Below, in pieces: positions 60,801 to 64,000 of a stretch of DNA of 64,000 nt. The stretch spans positions 523,238-587,237 of the forward strand of contig BCKQ01000011.1 in NCBI GenBank assembly GCA_001600695.1, in the 5' to 3' direction. The position numbers were made by a program, and so were the translations under genes. The notes under the pieces are model-generated. The model had not been told where the DNA came from, ran no database searches, and saw only the letters and a program-made list of their open reading frames with translations. This stretch comes from Ascoidea asiatica JCM 7603 (taxonomy: Eukaryota; Fungi; Ascomycota). The first letter of the stretch is position 1; every line of letters begins with the position of its first letter.

Positions 60801-62290
60801 CTCTAGGATATTTAATATGATGAACAAATTAAACAAGAAAGTTTTAAAAAATTAGTTCAGAATACTTGAGAGAATCAGATGAGAAAGATAATATTAAGTT
60901 TGTAATAGTTGAATAAGTATTCACTATTTAATAAAGTATTGAATATAAGTTTTTAGAAGTAAAGTGAAAAATTTGAGTTCAGGACTCGAAGTAATAAAAG
61001 ATTAAAACAAAGAAATTTCTAAAATATTTATATTGATGAACAAGATAAACAAGAAATTATTTTGAATTTAATATAAATTATTAAAGTAGAAATTGAATTG
61101 AGAAATATTTGAAGGGAATTGTGTTATTAAATAAGATTATTATTTTGGTGGAAATAGTATAATTTGAAATGTAAGTAAGGAAGAATTATGATATGTAATA
61201 ATCTTTGAAACCTGAATTTGGATGATATAAAGTAAAACTAAAATAAGTTTTTGGATATTGGAATCAGATATTAATATAAGTATTATTTATCAGGATGAAA
61301 CAAAAAACTTCTTAAGCTTTTATAAATAAAAAGTTACTTTAATTGAATTCAAATGATTCTGTAATTAATAATTTTGTTTAGAAGAAAAATAATTAGTAAG
61401 ATTAAGTACAAATTGTATAATATTTATATTGATAAACAAAATAAATAAGATTAAGTAAAAATAAAACTAAAATTTTAATAAAGATTCAGATTTTAAACTG
61501 TTGAATTTAACTCTGGGATGTGAAAATATTTAGGATATCTATTCGAAAGATTAAAAATTCTAAAATATTTATAACGATAAACAGAATAAACAAGAATTAA
61601 TAACTTTTAAAATATTGATATTTAAAGTAGAATTTAAGAGTAATTGTAGTTATTTAAAATAGTAAGTAAGCGCCGATTAAAAATTTAATCTTGATGAAGA
61701 AAATAGAAGATCTATAATATTTAAATTGATAAAGAAAATAAAAAAGAACTTTAATTTTTCTAAGAATAAGTATGACTTGAATGTAGTGATTTAATTAGTT
61801 GAAGACAGTTGAACTATAAAATCTTCTAGTAATAGTTTTTGATTTATGAAAGATTTAAATAAATTAAGCGCTGACAGAAAAATTTAATTTTGGAGAAATT
61901 ATAAAGATTCTAAAATATTTAAATTGATAAACAAAATAAACAAGAACTTTAGTGTCTCTAAATTGAATTTTAGATTGATTATTGTTTTGAATTTTCTGAA
62001 TAATAAAAGAACAATTACGATATATTAAGATGATTAATTTGGTAGTTAATGCAGCTGTAATAAATTAAGCGTTGATAGAAAAAAAACATTAATTTTTGAG
62101 AAATATGAAAGTTCTATAATATTTAAATTCATAAACAAAATAAACAAGAACTTCAATTTATCTAAATTGAATTTAAACTTTTGCTTCTTGATTTTAAATT
62201 AAAGGAATTTAAGAAAAAATAGAGGTTCTATAATGTTTATATTGATAAACAAAAAAAACAAGAACTAGAATTTATCTAAATTGAATTTAA
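60801..62290. repeat. Eight dispersed copies of a ~40-bp motif in the retrotransposon leader
   Basis: Consensus TTCTAwAATATTTAwATTGATAAACAAAATAAACAAGAA near 60801, 61017, 61413, 61558, 61711, 61908, 62112, 62226. Confidence 0.85.
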
Positions 62291-62411
62291 TTTGTAGTCG
62301 ATTATTGTTATTTAAAGAAAGGTAGTTGAATTTTAATAAATATTTTGATGAAATATCAGAAAGATTTAAGAGCAAAAAAAAATTTTAATTTATAAATTTT
62401 ATTAACTAAAT

Positions 62412-62424
62412 AGACTCAATAACC
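62412..62424 (-). other. Candidate primer-binding site (half-tRNAiMet type)
   Basis: GGTTATTGAGTCT 2 nt after the 5' LTR resembles the Ty5-type GGTTATGAGCCC with one extra base and G:U-compatible changes. Confidence 0.45.
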
Positions 62425-62426
62425 AA

Positions 62427-62650
62427 TTAGAAATATAAGTATATTTTGTCTTACTAACTATAAAAGTGGTAAGAAGATGACTAAGTTTCATCTTTTCAGA
62501 GAGACAACTTAAATAGTTACCTAACACACATACCGATCGTGTTTTAGGTGATTATGTGACTCTTCTAACAGATGTCACATGTTATAAAGATCACTTGGTT
62601 AGGCAAACTTCATTTGCCAGACAAAGGCTCGTTAAGCCCAATTTAATTAA
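62427..62650 (-). repeat. 5' LTR (224 bp)
   Basis: Direct repeat of 52238-52461. Confidence 0.9.
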
Positions 62651-62846
62651 AACACTAAATTTTAGTTCTTTTTGAACCTAAAGTTATAAGGACTGTGTAC
62701 TAATAAAAATTCAACTACAGATATTGACTTAAAAAAATTAAATGTTTATTAAGAATAAAGAATTGGAGATCCTAAAAAAATAAAACTAAAGTTGAAATAA
62801 AAAGAAGATATTTGGGGCATATTTATATAAAAAACAATGTAGTATA

Positions 62847-62908
62847 TAGTAATAAATAGTAATAAATAGTAATAAATAGTAATAAATAGTAATAAATAGT
62901 AATAAATA
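62847..62908. repeat. (AATAAATAGT)n decamer minisatellite, ~6 copies
   Basis: Visible tandem array. Confidence 0.9.
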
Positions 62909-62950
62909 ATAGTAAATAAAAAAATAAATAGAACCAAATAGAAAATTAAG

Positions 62951-63930
62951 TTAATTTAGCATAATAAGATTATCAGAATCAGATTCTGATGAAACGTCAA
63001 TTACCAAATGAAATTTAGGAAATATCTTTTCAAACATTGGTTTGGAAATATTATGATACTTACCTTTAATTTTGTTCCATAATTCAATTTTGGATAGAAC
63101 CTGTCCATTGGATTCAACACGAACAATGAGTAAAACACTATGAGTGTAATTTGGTGGATCCATTACAATTTTTTCAATTTCAGATTTCGCTTTCCTATAG
63201 TAAATTTTATTATTTGAATTTTTGTATAATCTAAAGCGGGTACGCTGGTAAGAGATCTGATTTCTGCGGGAAGTTGATTTTTGACAATATTATAGCTTGA
63301 TGAGGTGATACCTTTTTGAGTAATAATTTATAGTTCCCTTGTTCTGGTTTCAAGATTATTGAGTTTTTGATGATGAGCAATGATAAGTTGAATTAATGTT
63401 TTATTACGTAAGTTATATTTATGTGGTTCTAGGATGATTTCACAAATAATTCCGGAAATTTCTTTTTGATAATTTAATTGATTTTGTTTGGTTGGAAATA
63501 AAATTGAATGTAAAATAAAAATAAACTTTGTTGATTGAATATGACTATCGACTGGTAAATTAATAATTGAATTGTAATTGTTAGGTTTAATAATTTCAAT
63601 TTCAGAGGGATGAAAATGATTTAGTCTAAGAATATAGTTTAAATAGTTTAATAACATTTGATTTTCTCCCATATGTGAAAGGGTATTATTTTTATATAAA
63701 ATTAATAATTCCGCTTTGACAAAATAAAAAGTGATAGGGAAATTATGGCCGCTTGCATTGACTAGATTAAGAAATAAAGTTTGAATTGAAGGAGATAAGC
63801 TATTAATTGAAGTCTCATCAAGATAAAAATGTAAATTTGAGTTTTTGGAATAATATTTGACTATTTTAGGAACTTCTTTCCATACTTGAATATCAAAGGT
63901 TGAAGTTGATGATGTAATAGTTCCATTCAT
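62951..63930 (-). pseudogene. Disrupted gene of unknown function; C-terminal part weakly resembles an integrase zinc-binding-type helix
   Basis: 200-aa ORF, then stop/frameshift, then a frame reading ...KIVMDPP...IELWNKIKGKYHNISKPMFEKIF. Confidence 0.35.
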
Positions 63931-64000
63931 TGATATTTTGAAGTTTATTTGATAATAATAATAAAATTTAAAAGAATAAAAATAAAAAAAACAATACAGA

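Larger units (their letters stand above)
52238..62650 (-). mobile_element. Full-length, degenerate Ty1/copia LTR retrotransposon (10.4 kb)
   Basis: Direct terminal repeats offset by 10189 bp; PR-IN-RT-RH order; flanks AACAA (52233-52237) and AACAC (62651-62655) as a near-match 5-bp TSD. Confidence 0.92.

Noticed and set aside
60801-62290. CRISPR array
   Set aside because: Eukaryotic retroelement context, degenerate repeats, long uneven spacers that are partly homologous to each other, no cas genes

Overview
Very AT-rich budding-yeast (Saccharomycotina-like) genomic DNA with Asn-rich, mostly intronless genes; the organism cannot be fixed from sequence alone. Housekeeping genes (VPS3, HEM12, DOA1, SCD6, SFC1, a spliced PBI2 missed by the ORF track, three tRNAs) are interleaved with a dense run of catabolic-type enzymes at 6.5-30 kb: a mitochondrial carrier, two CYP504-like P450s, an amidohydrolase, a peroxisomal D-amino-acid oxidase, a membrane-anchored M28 peptidase, an SDR, an AKR, an ornithine-aminotransferase paralogue with altered substrate residues and a Zn-ADH. 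This run is a candidate undescribed metabolic cluster. A divergent velvet-domain gene lies at 40 kb. The right third is a decaying accessory zone with a frameshifted VIT-vWA gene, an F-box/LRR pseudogene, a DUF1989 gene and a 10.4-kb degenerate Ty1/copia element. That element has a ~1060-codon gag-side frame with an internal CCHC knuckle, a GCG-AGG-C +1 frameshift site, hairpin-packed 224-bp LTRs and a 1.7-kb leader with eight copies of a ~40-bp motif. All family assignments come from motif recognition by eye, not database searches.
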